Positions 30,179-42,766 of a DNA stretch of 64,000 bases are shown piece by piece. A model generated the notes under the pieces. The model was not told the DNA's origin and did no database searches. It saw only the letters and a program-made list of their open reading frames with translations. The position numbers and the translations under genes are program-made. The DNA is from Marsupella aquatica (lineage: Eukaryota; Plantae; Marchantiophyta). The stretch is taken from NCBI GenBank assembly GCA_973895155.1, contig OZ316892.1:7485251-7549250 (forward strand), read 5' to 3'. How positions within the stretch are numbered: the stretch's first letter is position 1; every line of letters starts with the position of its first letter.

Positions 30179-32158
30179 AAATAAGCAGGAAACTGAGCTA
30201 GCCAGGACCAATTTTGAGAGTGTCAAAAGCCATGTGTGAACCCAATTTTTGGGTGGGATTTGTGTAGAAGGGATGAACACCTCTAGCATGATTTGACCTT
30301 GCAATCTGGCCTGCCCCAGTAAGCTGGTTCTGCTATTGACACATTTATTTCAATACTTGGGTGGGCAGTGGGCCGTTGGCAGGCCTCCCTAATGAGTAAT
30401 GTGGTTTCCCTCGAATAGTTCATGTGGCCACTGGTGACATGTGACCAGAAGGTCTCAAGTTCAATCTCTGACCAGACACTTTTGTTTCCAGGAATTGCTT
30501 TACTTGAACCTCCAACTTAGACCCATTTGGGGTGTGCCCAATACTCATGGTTTAATGACCCATTCCAAGCATCAAAAGCTTACTTAGTTTCACTACATTG
30601 TCACTCTTGGTTGCTGAAAATGCATAATTATGTTGCCACTCTTTTTAGTTTAATTTGACATTATTTTTTCACTGTAAGTTGGCTAACAAGTAAACTCTCT
30701 CTATCAGAGAGTCAACATTGGGTTCTTTATGCTGGCCACAAGACACTCCAACCCTCAACATTGGGTTGGGTCTCTTACTCTGCTTCTGCCGCAACTCTGT
30801 CTGCCCCTTCCTTGTTGGCTGCCCCGGTCCTCAATCCCCCTGGTCGAGGGTGGGCTAGGGTGTTGATGTTCAGTTGAAGATGATGACAACCATCCAGTGA
30901 TGAAAACTGGCAAGATGTTGACCGATGGATCATCCCAAACTATCTAAAGTTATTTTACTTAACTAGCGATGGAAAAAGGTCAATGTACAACCTACTGAAG
31001 TGTTAGAATCCCTTCCAAGCTTGAACTCTAGGTCACGGCCTGCATAATGTCCATGTGTTTGGAGGTACTCCCAATATTTCAGCAAACAACAGGTAACCAA
31101 GTAAGTTACTACAAATACTGGCACATAGAGGCAGACACATTGCAAATTCTCCTTTGTGTGGACAGCTTGCTGAAAGGGAGAACTTCCCCTTACAACATAA
31201 GAAGGTCTCAGTAACGTGAGTTGCAACAACCCTCACCAGCTACCCTTTTGGTAAAAATCAGCCAATAAAATTATACTTGATTCCATCCAAGCATCTTGTC
31301 AAAAATTGCAGTCTATGGGAGCTTGGGCAGTGGAAGATGTGGACCATAAATCAAGAGACAAGGAGAGGATGCAACATGGATTGTAAACCACGAGACACAA
31401 AGTTATACTGTAAAGAATCAGGTGAAAGGAAGTATCATGAACCAAAAAAACCAGGGACTGTAAATTCTCGCACCGACACGAATTGACTCTGTCATGAAAC
31501 TCTGCTTGCGATGGTGGGGCAGTGCTGTGAACTCAGAGTTTTCTCATTTGAAGTTGTCTCATTCTGCTACAGCAGAACTGCTGGTGACTTGGAGCAAAGC
31601 ACATAGGGTTGTTTCATTTTGCTCCAACCAAACTGCTGGTGACTTAGAGCCAAGCATCACCCAAAGCCCTGTTGGCAGTTTGAAGCCCTATTCTTATCCT
31701 GAATAATTCAACTGAGAGATGATGCTCAACTGGCCCTAGATCAATGCAAGATGACCCTCAACTCAGCCTAGATCTGTGCCAGATGACCCTCAACTCACCC
31801 TTGATCCATGCCCCTAACTAAGAGTGGACTCACCCCGATTTGGTCACATTGCCGATGGAGATAACTGGTAAAGCATCCTCCAAAAGTACCTTTAAGTTGG
31901 AATTTTGGATATCCACAGCCGGATTCGTGTAGCTGATATCCTTTCCAATGATCACCCTATTTGAGCCTCTCTCTACGAAGGAATAGAAAGAAAGAAAGGT
32001 GTGAATGGAGTTGTGTAGACACAGAGCCAGGGTCTAGCAATCCGCAAACTCAAACAATTGGAGTGGGAAGTTGACAAAGAGCTCTATATTCCTTTCGGAG
32101 CTTGGAGAAACCATTGTGAATGTTAGGGACTTCGGATTAAGGAAAAAAGGGAGTGGGC

Positions 32159-34709
32159 ATGGCAGGAGCAACAGCAGCTCTAGTAGTTGGAGCATCCGTT
32201 CCTTTGTCATCATTGCCAAGGAGCTATGGTGCAACCACGTCCCTGACACGGGATAGGGGAGTGAGAACTTGCAGCAGCACTCGCTGTAGTAGCAGAAGCG
32301 GCAATGGCAGATATTACGTCGCAGCTCGTTTGGGACAGCGTCCACCAGTAATTTCGCCAATTACATGCTCAGGTGAATGAATTTCCTTCCCAATTGGGTT
32401 ATTTCTCCGCAACGCTGGCTACACGGCGACTTAGTTTGTTGTCGATGTCGTCCCCCTTGGTATGGAATTTCTGGAGGCATTCCCCAGCAGGAGCTCTGAG
32501 ATGGGTTGCTGCTCCCTCAGACGGAATTGCGATATTTGGATGAGATTTTGAAAGGGCTTGAATTCTGTAGGAGGTTTAGAGTTATCTCCCCGAAGTCTCA
32601 TGCTGAAGCCTCGCGTCTACGTGAGTCGATGGGAAGATTCTCGAAGTCTAGGAGATGGCCAAGGTTGAGAAAAGCTAGAGACTTTGGGTTAGTCGGCTGA
32701 TGGAGGAGCTGACAGAACTTCTCACCGATTATGGTGCTCACGTTTTTTAATTCCACTGCTCTCGAACTTGATTGCCACCGGCTCTACTTCGAGTGCAGTT
32801 CTATTTCTGCTCTGCTAGGAGGTGTATTGTTTAATCGTTGAGATCGTAATGGGGTTATTTCTACCAGAGTTACCTGTTTCACTGTTTTTAGGACCTTGCT
32901 CATACTGTTGAAGAAAGTTCTCTAAATTCTGCAGCATACTTGGGCTGTAAGAATTTACTCTCGCTCTGACCATCTCGTTCCCGAAATTCGTTTGCTTTGG
33001 TTTCCGTTTTATAGCAGTGATTTTTTGTTGGAACTAATCAATATTGAGGCGAACGATGCCCATATATTAAGGTCTTACTATATTGTTGTTGGGTAAGGTT
33101 TCTGTAGATTGTGGTTCAAGGAATAGAAATATGCACACTGCAGTGAACGTATCCGTTTACTGGTTTAAAGACCTATGTCCAGCATTTTGAAATGTCTTCA
33201 ATGTAGGGGTTGGTAAGAAAATTTGGTTTAAAGTCATTTGGCCCCCGAACTTCTCGTTTCCCTGAAACCAACTTTCCTGACTTAAAAATTCTGGGAATGA
33301 TTCAAAATTTAGGAGAAAATATTTCAGATGGGTATTTAATAGTGCTCTGGTTAGTCGAAGTCATTCTGGACTGTCCTTCAACGAGCTACCTAAATTCTCA
33401 ATTTCACACACCGTTGTTAATGGAGACTGGTGTGAAGCATTCTGTAAAAATAATTGGCTGAATTTGGACCTCATACACACCGTTTGTATCTGAACGCAGC
33501 TGTGGTGCAGGCCACCGAGACGGTGTTAACTGAGGCACTACCGGGCGAGGTTGAGACTCCTGATCAAGGAGCAGCATGGAAGGGATTCGTAGAGCGTGTA
33601 TCTGGTGAGTGGGATGGGTATGGAGCAGATTTTAATTTCCTTGGTGAGCCATCTGAGTTACCTTCCCAAGTGGTGCCAGATGCGTTCAGGGACTGGGGTG
33701 TTGAAGTTTATGATTGGCAGACCATGTGCCCCACATTAGGGCAAGACGAGCCTGAAATTCTAGGCTACAAGGTGATTAGGTTGCTCCCTACTGTTGGCTG
33801 TGAAGCTGATGCTGCTACCCCCTACTGCATTGAAGACAAGGAATTTGTTACAGCACTTACATATGCTTTCCATGCTAATGGCTCTTACAATGCTGTATGG
33901 CCCGGAAAGGGAGTTGTGAGGAACAATCCAGACCCTGGAAGAACTGGAAAGATTGTGGTTCGGAACACAGATAGTACAAATGAATGGGAGGTTGAGCACT
34001 GTCTTGTGAAGGAAGAAGGATCCAGTAGAAATAGAACGAGGATTCTTCAGCAATTTTGGGTCGACAACACCAAAGTCCCTCAGCTCAAGAATATCACGGT
34101 GTATATTGAGCAATGGGATGGTCCCTTCAGGAACGGGGAATCTCTGGGGGGTTGTTCCACAAGTGGATCTGGATTTGCAACAACGGACATTTTACAGCCT
34201 ACGAGCTTGGCCGGTAGCTGGCGCGCTGACAGCTTCGTTACGAAGGATGGCGAGCCTTCACCAAACCTACTAACGTCCGAGGGATCCAGAGACGTGGAAA
34301 GACCTCAGGCCGAAGAATTTGTTGCTCTTCCAAAAAACTTGTGGTCTTCCGTGAAGGCGTCTGAGGGGGCGGCCTCCTACACTATAGAGGCTGGCTGGCT
34401 GTTGAACCCTGAACAGATAATCGTTTCTAGCATTGAATATCTACCCTCGGGTGACTTCCAGGTGAGATTAGTATACTTTTTATAAGTTGGCCATCAGATT
34501 CCACTGCTTTTGACAGTAGAGGAGAACCGTCATTTCCTGAAATGTGGGCTGAGTCGTCCAACATTCTGTGTAACATCTTTAGATGTTTGGTGCTCTGGAG
34601 GTTTAGGGGGACATCATCTGTAATGATCGCAAAGATTGACAATGTGCTTGTTTATATGCTCTCCGCTGTGTCCCAGGCTTCCAGCATCAGGTTTGAGCAG
34701 AGAAGGTGA
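32159..34709 (+). CDS. Conserved uncharacterised plant protein with predicted plastid transit peptide (3 exons)
   Basis: Exon 1 (32159-32372) is Ser/Arg/Ala-rich (MAGATAALVV..). Exon 2 (33500-34461) contains VSGEWDGYGADF, VVPDAFRDWGVEVYDWQTMCPTL, LLPTVGCEADAAT and EQWDGPFRNGESLGGC. Exon 3 is 34677-34709. Splice phases are consistent. The motifs recall a conserved plant family of unknown function. Confidence 0.85.
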
Positions 34710-35186
34710 GAATTGAAGTGATACATCATTATCTGAAGAGCAAGGTGATAAGGTGCTGATGGTCCCCTGATACTTTCGTCACACGTAACTTAAGTATTAC
34801 GATTTTGCAATCCAACACACATCTGTTAACTCGAAGCTTCTCATATCAGAACTCGTCTAGTCTGCAAAGGTCTTGGAGAATAAATCATCTGCACAAGAAG
34901 GCTTTGAAGAGGAGAGGCTTTGCGATTTATGAGTGATAAGTTGATACTAGAGAGATTTCTGCAGTGTTCGTGTGCCAGTTCTACACGGAATCAAATTGTG
35001 ATCCAGGTTGCAGGATATTTCCAAGTAAATTGAGGTGCTTGTGCTTAATATTGTAAGCATGTCAAAAGCGGTATTCACCTAAGAGACTCGGTTCGTTCCA
35101 TTTTGAAATTTGGTTGATCGCTTTCCATCAGAGAAAGCTTGGAGGAATAAGTCTTAATAGTGTATGACCCTATTTTCATGCATCAT

Positions 35187-35451
35187 GTTAAGGTTTGCCA
35201 TGTAACATAAAGCCAACGCAGACAAAATGCCTCGTTCTCCACGGAAGGTATTTTGTTCTGGAGTTTCGCTCAACATAGACAAGCTTTAGCTCATGGGGTA
35301 TTGGGTTGTGCACCAGATGTCCTGTTAAGGTTCGCCATGTAATACAAAGCCGCGGCAAACCAAACTCCTCGTTTCTCCACAGTATGTTGTTCTGGAGTTT
35401 GTACTCAATATGGACAAGCTTCAGCTCATGGGGTTCTGGATTGTGCACCAA
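35187..35451. repeat. ~135 bp tandem duplication
   Basis: gttaaggtt.gccatgtaa...tgttctggagttt...gacaagctt.agctcatgggg...ttgtgcacca starts at 35187 and again at 35324. Confidence 0.85.
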
Positions 35452-37012
35452 ATATAATAGATTGCCATCATCAGATTAAGAGAAGATGGGAAGGACAAGC
35501 AAGCCAGCAGTCAGATGTGGAAGTATTATTTCTATTGGCGTTATGCGAGAACAATGCCTAGACTTTGTGCAACTTCAGTGCAAAGCCTTCGTCATCAGAG
35601 GTCGTTGAATGCACTTGGCAGCCATCAAATTGAAGTAGTTCCTTGCTGATTTTTACTGGTTTTCACATTGATAACATTTGCAGGACAACTATGTGAATTT
35701 CATCTCATGAATAAATGCCTAGGCAGTCCAGGGGGATGTTTTGTAATCTTCCCTGAGCATCAAAGCTTACAATCATCAGGTTCGTAACTGCCTATATAGG
35801 GATTGGAGGTATTGAAGCCCTGAATTAAGTGATTCTGTTGCTTCAAAGCGTGTTTTTTTTTTCGTTTTGGTTGTGGGTGGATGATGAGGACTTAGGTGAG
35901 TGAGCTTTTACACCACTGATGTGGAGCTGCCACCTTAGTGGAACTGAAAACCTACCTGATTCTTGGGTCCTTGTTTCTGGTTGTGACTGCATTGACCAAA
36001 CGAATGCCACTGATGAGTAGATCATTGTTGAGGGTGTTGTTCTGCATTTCTTATTTGATGGGGTAATATTTTGACCTGATCCGAAGTATGAACATATCTG
36101 ATCGTTGCTCAGAAGAACGTATGAAAAGATCTCTAATTTCAGCGATTCCTTGTAACTTTTCATCGTGCCTTTGTCCAAAAGAAGAGACTCTATGAAGCTG
36201 CTACGTGTTCGTTGAGCTATACAGTACTTGCTTTTCTACGCCGTGCATTTTCTCGTAGTACAGCTCGATAATCTCTCCTTGCTTTGTTCTTTGAATCCTT
36301 TCGGCTCACCACATTCATAAATACAAGAACTCACATGCTCCAGAAACCTTCAAAACTGAAAAGAAACGATTATTCAAAGCCACCAGCAGATGGCGTAAAC
36401 AATTCCGTTGATGGCTTCTGTCCAAGATCCTTAATATCAATTAACAAGCATCTCTTCCACAAGTATCTCCTGTTGTATTAATGAACTAAATAGGCCGTTC
36501 ATAAAACCACCTCTACAAAACATGCCCATTCCTTTGTGGCGAGGAACATCTAAGAAGCGTGACGCATTGTTCCAGGCCTCGATTGGATAGCATCGAACAG
36601 ATTTCCCAAGAGGTTACAGATCTCCGAACCCTTTAATTAAACATGCACTACATATAGTCGACAGAAAAGTAAATCCACACCTCAGCCGTAGAGAGGGAAG
36701 GAGACAGCCTCGATAACAAAGAACTCCATGGAAATGACTGGGACGTCCATTAGTTGGAACCGAATCATATCGTGTGTGCAGCGTTCATCTGCAATCTTCA
36801 GCATACATTAGATAGCCCCAAGCCTGTCAATATCATTCCACCGTGAACCTGCACAACGTATGGATGGTCAAGCAGTTTGCCGACGCATAATTCTCCTTCA
36901 GACAAACTTACGACTACGGAAGCAAAATGATGGAAAGAAATGCACCAAGCCTACCTTCAGAAGTCTTTCCCTAGCATGTCAAAATTGCGTTAGAAAGTAT
37001 GATAGCTGCAAA

Positions 37013-37968
37013 TCATGCCACTGCGATGACAACTCCTCCTTTCTCTGTTGATATCTTTTCCGCGGTATTCTTCTCGGATTTACCATCCTTCTCTTGAAAA
37101 TCTTCCTGGAAATTGAACAAGACTTGATCAGCAAAGCGGAGGCTTTATTCTCACCGGAAAAGATGGAACGGAAAACAATCTTCCCCCACCTGAGCGGAAC
37201 CCATTAAACCTAGATAAGGCCACACTTCCCTTCGTATAATGTTACTGTTTCAGGCCCATAGTGAATTAAATTTTGAAGTTAAACCAAGCAGAAAGGTTCA
37301 GAAAACATTCTCTCACCTGGTTGTAAACGACTGTGATATAGAGAGAGCAACTCGGACAGCGGGCTATCTCTTCCCCATTCTTCAGATCGGCCTGTAAATA
37401 GAAACAGTCATAATATACTCCAAACTCAATTCGTGAGGCACTAGACTGTGCCTGATCATTGCAAGCAATTCTGCCACTACAATGCAGCTAGACATACAAC
37501 ATCGGCAAAAGGACCAACAAGCCTCAATATAAACTCTTTAATCTAAGTCCGCCTAAACTCTTACGGCATTTGTTTTTCGGTGCGAATCATCCTGGAACCT
37601 CGACAAATCCAAGGACACGGTTCCGAAACGAACTGAGGGGAAATCATATTGTAAGAAGCAAAATGATTTATTGAATTCTTAAGACACAACCACACATGAA
37701 TTGAGAATTGTGTCCCAATTGCATAAGCTTTACTTGCAACTGCTTAAACTGTGACTCAAGTTCCAAAAAGCATAAGTTCCAGTTGCAAAATAGAATCGAA
37801 GCAAGAAATAGGCACTTTTCGCATCCTGGTTAGAACCTACCTTGACGTCCACAGGGAGCGACTCACCTTGGTAATCATGAATAGGTCGCCGCACGGGCAG
37901 GGATACGTGAAGGCCTTCAATTCCTCATTCCACTCCATATCCTCAACTTCCACATCGTCGTACGACAT
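37013..37968 (-). CDS. DPH3: Diphthamide biosynthesis protein 3 / KTI11 (CSL zinc finger), 3 coding exons
   Basis: Exon 37968-37867: MSYDDVEVEDMEWNEELKAFTYPCPCGDLFMITK. Exon 37391-37317: ADLKNGEEIARCPSCSLYITVVYNQ. Exon 37105-37013: EDFQEKDGK..VIAVA*. Carries the CPCGD...CPSCSL signature; junctions are GT-AG. The gene is absent from the ORF track because its exons are short. Confidence 0.95.
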
Positions 37969-38438
37969 GCTGCCGGTCGATGGAGCCCCACAAGTCCTCT
38001 AAGCTTTACAGACTGTACAATCCGCACGAAACTCTTCTTAGTCAATTGAGTCATGCAAAAACTCCACAGACTGAACCATCCGAAATTCTGGCCCGTGAAA
38101 TTAATATTTCCTGCAGAGAATTTATAGCCGCACATTGTGGAATTAAAACTCACACTCAGCCACTTCGCCCGATTCAGTGCCTTTCCAACAAACATCCAGC
38201 CAAGCGGAGTCACTCACCTTTTAAATATCTCCTTTAGGTAGGATGTTCCTAGAACTCTCGGAACCAAATCAACTCGTGAACATGTAGGACCTGAACTGCA
38301 ATTGACAATTTCGTGAAAATTCAATTACTTCTCAACTCAGAATCGTTTGAAATAGGTTTCGATGGGTACATCTCGGCATTCAAGCAGACATCTGACCGAT
38401 AAAAGTCACTCACTTTTAAATCTTCCACCAAACCCTAA

Positions 38439-38687
38439 TCAGTCAATAAGCCAGTCGGCCTCCAGACTCCACATGCCGAACAATCCACACAACAGGCGGA
38501 GCACAATAAGCACCAGAGCTACCACGACGGCTAGCCCAACAGTGGCGTGACCTACGAGGCGCCTCTCATCCCCCTCAAGTGCGTTGCAAGCTGCTCGACC
38601 GCAGCCGAGCTCCGAAAGAACGCACAGACATAACGCTCTGGACGTCTGGATGACGATTTCAGCAGCGGCGTCTCCATCGCCGCGCAT
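38439..38687 (-). CDS. 82-aa upstream ORF with one predicted TM helix in the apparent DPH3 leader exon
   Basis: ATG-initiated and GC-rich, with hydrophobic segment VGLAVVVALVLIVLRLLCGLFGMW. A strong donor (GTGAGT, 38413) lies 25 nt after the stop and pairs with an acceptor (ttgtacAG, 38013) 44 nt before the DPH3 ATG. Confidence 0.4.
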   Translation of the reverse strand: MRGDGDAAAEIVIQTSRALCLCVLSELGCGRAACNALEGDERRLVGHATVGLAVVVALVLIVLRLLCGLFGMWSLEADWLID

Positions 38688-39429
38688 GATATTTGCTCAC
38701 CAAGAATTGCAATCAAATCCCAGAAGAGAAGCGTGGGGGTGAGGAGGAAATCAATGTTCTTACATAATTGATTGCATCCGCAGAAGAAGCTCTGATGGTC
38801 GGGTTTACTTCGTCGTCGTCGTCCACGATTGTGATTCTTCGGCCGAACAATCTGCTGAAGTATTCACAGTGCACCGCGTTGATCTCACAACCGTGTTGAT
38901 CTGTCGCAACTGTGGTGAACTGTGTCGTCCCTCGAGAGCCCACTGGCGAACTGCGTTCCAGTCCTCTTAGAGCAGAAGGGCCGGCGTTGGACTCAGTTCG
39001 AGTATCCCCACCGGTTGCACTATCCGTGACAGGGTATTGGGGTCAATGCTTAGGGCTAGGTTCCATGGGCCAGGGGCAGGGAGTAGGATCACTCCCTCTG
39101 ACACCTCCCTGGGTCCCAATTATTCCATATGCCAATAGGTACATACTATTTTAAATGTATGAATTTTGAATTTTAGAGCCAATGAGAATGCACTGTACTT
39201 TGGCTACATAGAAAGGGGGGGGGGGGGGGGGGAGAGGTGCTGTTAGAGTTTAACAGTGAGTGTGAAGGAAAATCATACTAGTTACTCCCTACTACCGACT
39301 TTGCGCATTACTCACTCTCTGGAAAATCTGTGATCTTATCCGATCAAATATGCTGACACGCATGTGCCCTCTTCACTCCGGGCCCCATAGAACCTTGCCC
39401 TTCGGGCTTCTCAAACCTTCAGGTCGGCA

Positions 39430-39690
39430 AAAAGATCCCTAACCCAAAAGTACAGTCATCTTAGATCACAAATGGTTGGACAAGCTTTTGCAAGTCCCTA
39501 ACCCAAAAGTACATCTTGGATTGCAAGTGGTGAGACAAACTTTTGCGAGTCCGTCACCTTAGTTTTGGGAATTAAAATGACCTTGACTGTGCCAGAGGCA
39601 AAATTGATAGGACAAGCTTTTGCAAGTGTGCCACTTCAGTTTTGGGAAAACTACCTTGGGTGTGACCCGAGGCAAAACTGATAGGTTTGA
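39430..39690. repeat. Degenerate short direct repeats
   Basis: Two copies of ccctaacccaaaagtaca, three of acaa(g/a)cttttgc(a/g)agt, two of gttttgggaa and two of gaggcaaaa.tgatagg. Confidence 0.6.
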
Positions 39691-40490
39691 GATGCCCTAA
39701 CAGTGAGATGTAATGATGCGGTAGCTGGTGGCCGGGGTACAGACTGAGTTTATCTTACAGATTGCCTCACCAGGCACTATGAGTGATGAGCTCCCTCTCA
39801 ATGAGAGGACTTAGGGGCAAGTGGCAAGGATGCCCCATTTTGAGCACTCCCATTGGTGTTAAACCACACCTGCCCCTATAAAGGGCTACGGGGTAACTCC
39901 CGGCTCTCATTCTAAAGAATACAAGTTCAGAAATGGACTTTGAACTCCACAAAAGATGCTGACAATCTGCAAAACTTTTTTTTAGCAAGTACTCCACAAA
40001 AGGTGCTAGTGTTTCACCTTTTATGGTGAGTAGTGAGACATGGAATGAGGCTTTTATAGTGACAGGTGTGGTTCAAAAATCCGTGCCATTGGGGAGTTAG
40101 CAAGCCAGTTTGGCCCCTGCCATTGGGGTTTGTGAAAGGCCTGTCCCCACCTGTCCAGTCTTTTGCAAACCACAAAGGCTGAAGCCTCAGTGCACTTGCC
40201 ATTGCCGGGACATTAAAGACTGGGAAGGGCAATTGCTTAGTTGTGGAACGCAGAACTAGATGTACCCTAGATATTCTTGCCCCCTGTTGATATATCTCTT
40301 CCTTGTGTTGTTTTTGGACTTAGTCAAGATTCATGTTTGTCAATGAATTCCATGCCCCCAACTAAAGTGCTCATCTGAACGCAGAAAATTTAGCAAAATT
40401 GTGTTTCTTGTAGAAAAGGCTCTCATTCTGTCCATTGACAACCTTGTAAGTAGTTATGTAGTTGAGCTCCCTTCAGCTCATTATATAATA

Positions 40491-42766
40491 AATTCACGGA
40501 GACTAGTCCTTGCTTTGTCATTAAATGCACCTCGGTTCTCCCCCACACCTCACCGGAAGACCCTCCTCATTTTTGTGTCACAATTCAGTTTCAGGCCAGC
40601 CTTTTTGGGTTCCCTCGTTGCCCCTGCCCATCCTATGTCTGGGCAGCCCTTAAAATCACACCCTTCCTGCCCAACACCCCACCTCCCCACCTGAAGACTC
40701 TCCTCATTTTTGTGTCACAAGTCAGTTTCAGGCCAACCTTTTTGGGTTCCCTCGCTGCCCCTGCCCATCCCATGCCTGGGCAGCCCCTAAAACCCCACCC
40801 TTCCAGCTGCTGACTGTTTGTTGAGTAGGGGTGGTGAACAAAGTTGCCATGACACGAAGGAGTGTTTACGGCAAGCATCTACTCTTTCCCTTATCCCCTT
40901 TCTATGTCTTTCCCCAATTTCTCCAAAGAATAGTCTTCCTTGAACTTTAGTAAGGTGAACCAATGGTTTGGGTGAAATCCGGGTGCCTTGCCGATGCTAT
41001 TGGGTGCTATTTTTTAAAATTTGTTTTTTGCAGTTAAATCAAGTGGCCCTTAAACCATTCTTTGATGCTATTTTGCCAAAAACCTTTGTGGAAATATTCA
41101 TGTTAGACTTGAGCTTTTCGTTGGTGTTATTTTTGTGAAAGTTTTTTTCAGATGTGAGCATCTAGCTAGAGCATTTCAGGCAATTTACACAATGTCACTT
41201 AAATGGTAATTTTTATTGTTTAGCTTAGTACACAATGCACTAATTGAATTCAAAGGCATCAATTGATTCATAAAAATGAGCACTAGGATGCATATAGTAA
41301 CAAATGTAAAAGCAGTTATATGACCTTAAAATATGAGCTCAATGTTGGTGAAACAACCACAAAATTAGCTATCAAAATCATATCACAATTCACATCTCTA
41401 TGTTTACTCAAAGTGACACAAAAGAAACTTTCACAAAAAGAACTTGGTGTGTTTAGGAAATACTCACGTTGGACTCCTTCTTTTGGCAAAATAGCATCAA
41501 AGAATTGTTTAAATCACACATGATTTATTTGCAGAAAACAAATTTAAAAAAATAGTACCCAAAACCATTGACTTGCCTTACTAAAGTTCAGGTAAGACTA
41601 TGCTTTGGAGAAATACTTTCAGGTGTGAGTACTGCCAAAAACTTTGAGATGGAATAACTAAAGAGAGTAAATATTAGGTACCTTAAAGTAGTACTTACCT
41701 TGCACAAGTATTTCAACACATGAAAAAAATGAATATGGGAGTGACAAGGGCTAAATACTTTGTACATATGTTATCTATTTATTTTAAGCAAGTGTACACT
41801 TAAAATTGCTTCTAGAGAGTACATTTGGTGGACTGATGTAGATAATTGTAGGACTATGTTACAATTAAAAATGCAGAAAAGAATCACTGACACAGGTCAT
41901 GAGAAAGGGTTGCAGGGACAAGCCAGGGGCCCCATTAAGTGTATTTGAAAAGTGAGTGGCTAGTCACGAATATCTTTACCTAGAGGGGACCCATCAAGTA
42001 TTTTTCTGGCGCTTTTTGTGATCGATTAGTTTCTGCCTTGAAATTCCTTTCTTTGTCTTTTCTCAACTCCATTTATTTCTCAACCAAACCAGACTTTTTG
42101 ACATCCTTTGATTCATGCCAGAAATTTTTGTCTGTAGGGTTGTAGTTATTTTAGTCATTTTTGCAGTTGTTTGGACTCAGGCTTATTTTGGCTCTTTAAT
42201 CTTACAGAGGTTAGGCTAATGTTTTCACCCCTTTATTGAGTCACTTGCCTTTGGTATCCTGTTTCCTAGTTTGACATTTTTTTTTCTTTGGAAATGTCAC
42301 ATATACATTCAACCAGATAGTTCTTTTCTGGAATCTGAGATAATTTTGTTCCCACAAAAGAGACCTCAATGCAACCACACTCAATGCTGAGAGGAATTCC
42401 TGCCTGAAAAAAATTATGTTTGTAGGGAGGGTTTAGTTCTTTTTGCAATTGGTGGCTGCGCTCGCCTTATTTGGCTCTTTGGTCTTGGGTTTTATTTCCA
42501 TGTTTCAAACTTTCAAAATACAGTTAGAAAAATCTGACTAATGACCAGAGAGCGGGCCAGAGAACCCATTATTTAAAATAAAAATATAAAAATAAAAATA
42601 TAGAAATAAGGGCTGCCCAAGCATGAGATGGGCAGGGGCAGCCAGGGGACCCGAAAAGGTTGGCCTGAAAAAAGTGGGACAGAAAAACGAGGAGAGTCTT
42701 CCGGTGAGGTGTGGGGGAAAACCAAGATGCATTTAATGACAAAACAGGGACTCGTCTCCCTGAATT
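40491..42766. mobile_element. Non-autonomous element with ~160 bp terminal inverted repeats (MULE/foldback-like)
   Basis: 40491-40652 (aattcacggagactagtcc...ttgtcattaaatgca...ccccacacctcaccggaagac...gggcagccctta) is the reverse complement of 42607-42766. Part of the left arm is tandemly repeated at 40683-40790. No coding capacity inside. Confidence 0.75.
40918..41613. mobile_element. ~700 bp palindromic MITE/foldback nested inside the larger TIR element
   Basis: Three inverted pairs: tttctccaaag.atagtctt.c.tgaactttagtaagg with ccttactaaagttcaggtaagactatgctttggagaaa; ttctttgatgctattttgccaaaa with ttttggcaaaatagcatcaaagaa; tttttgtgaaagttt with aaactttcacaaaaa. Confidence 0.75.

Noticed and set aside
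39215-39232. G18 homopolymer (also C16 at ~27915) as a functional G4 element
   Set aside because: These are isolated homopolymers in repeat-derived DNA, and their length is unreliable in assemblies.
39030-39420. Possible MITE with agggc.aggttc.atggg inverted ends
   Set aside because: The match is short and degenerate, and no TSD or clear terminus could be established by eye.
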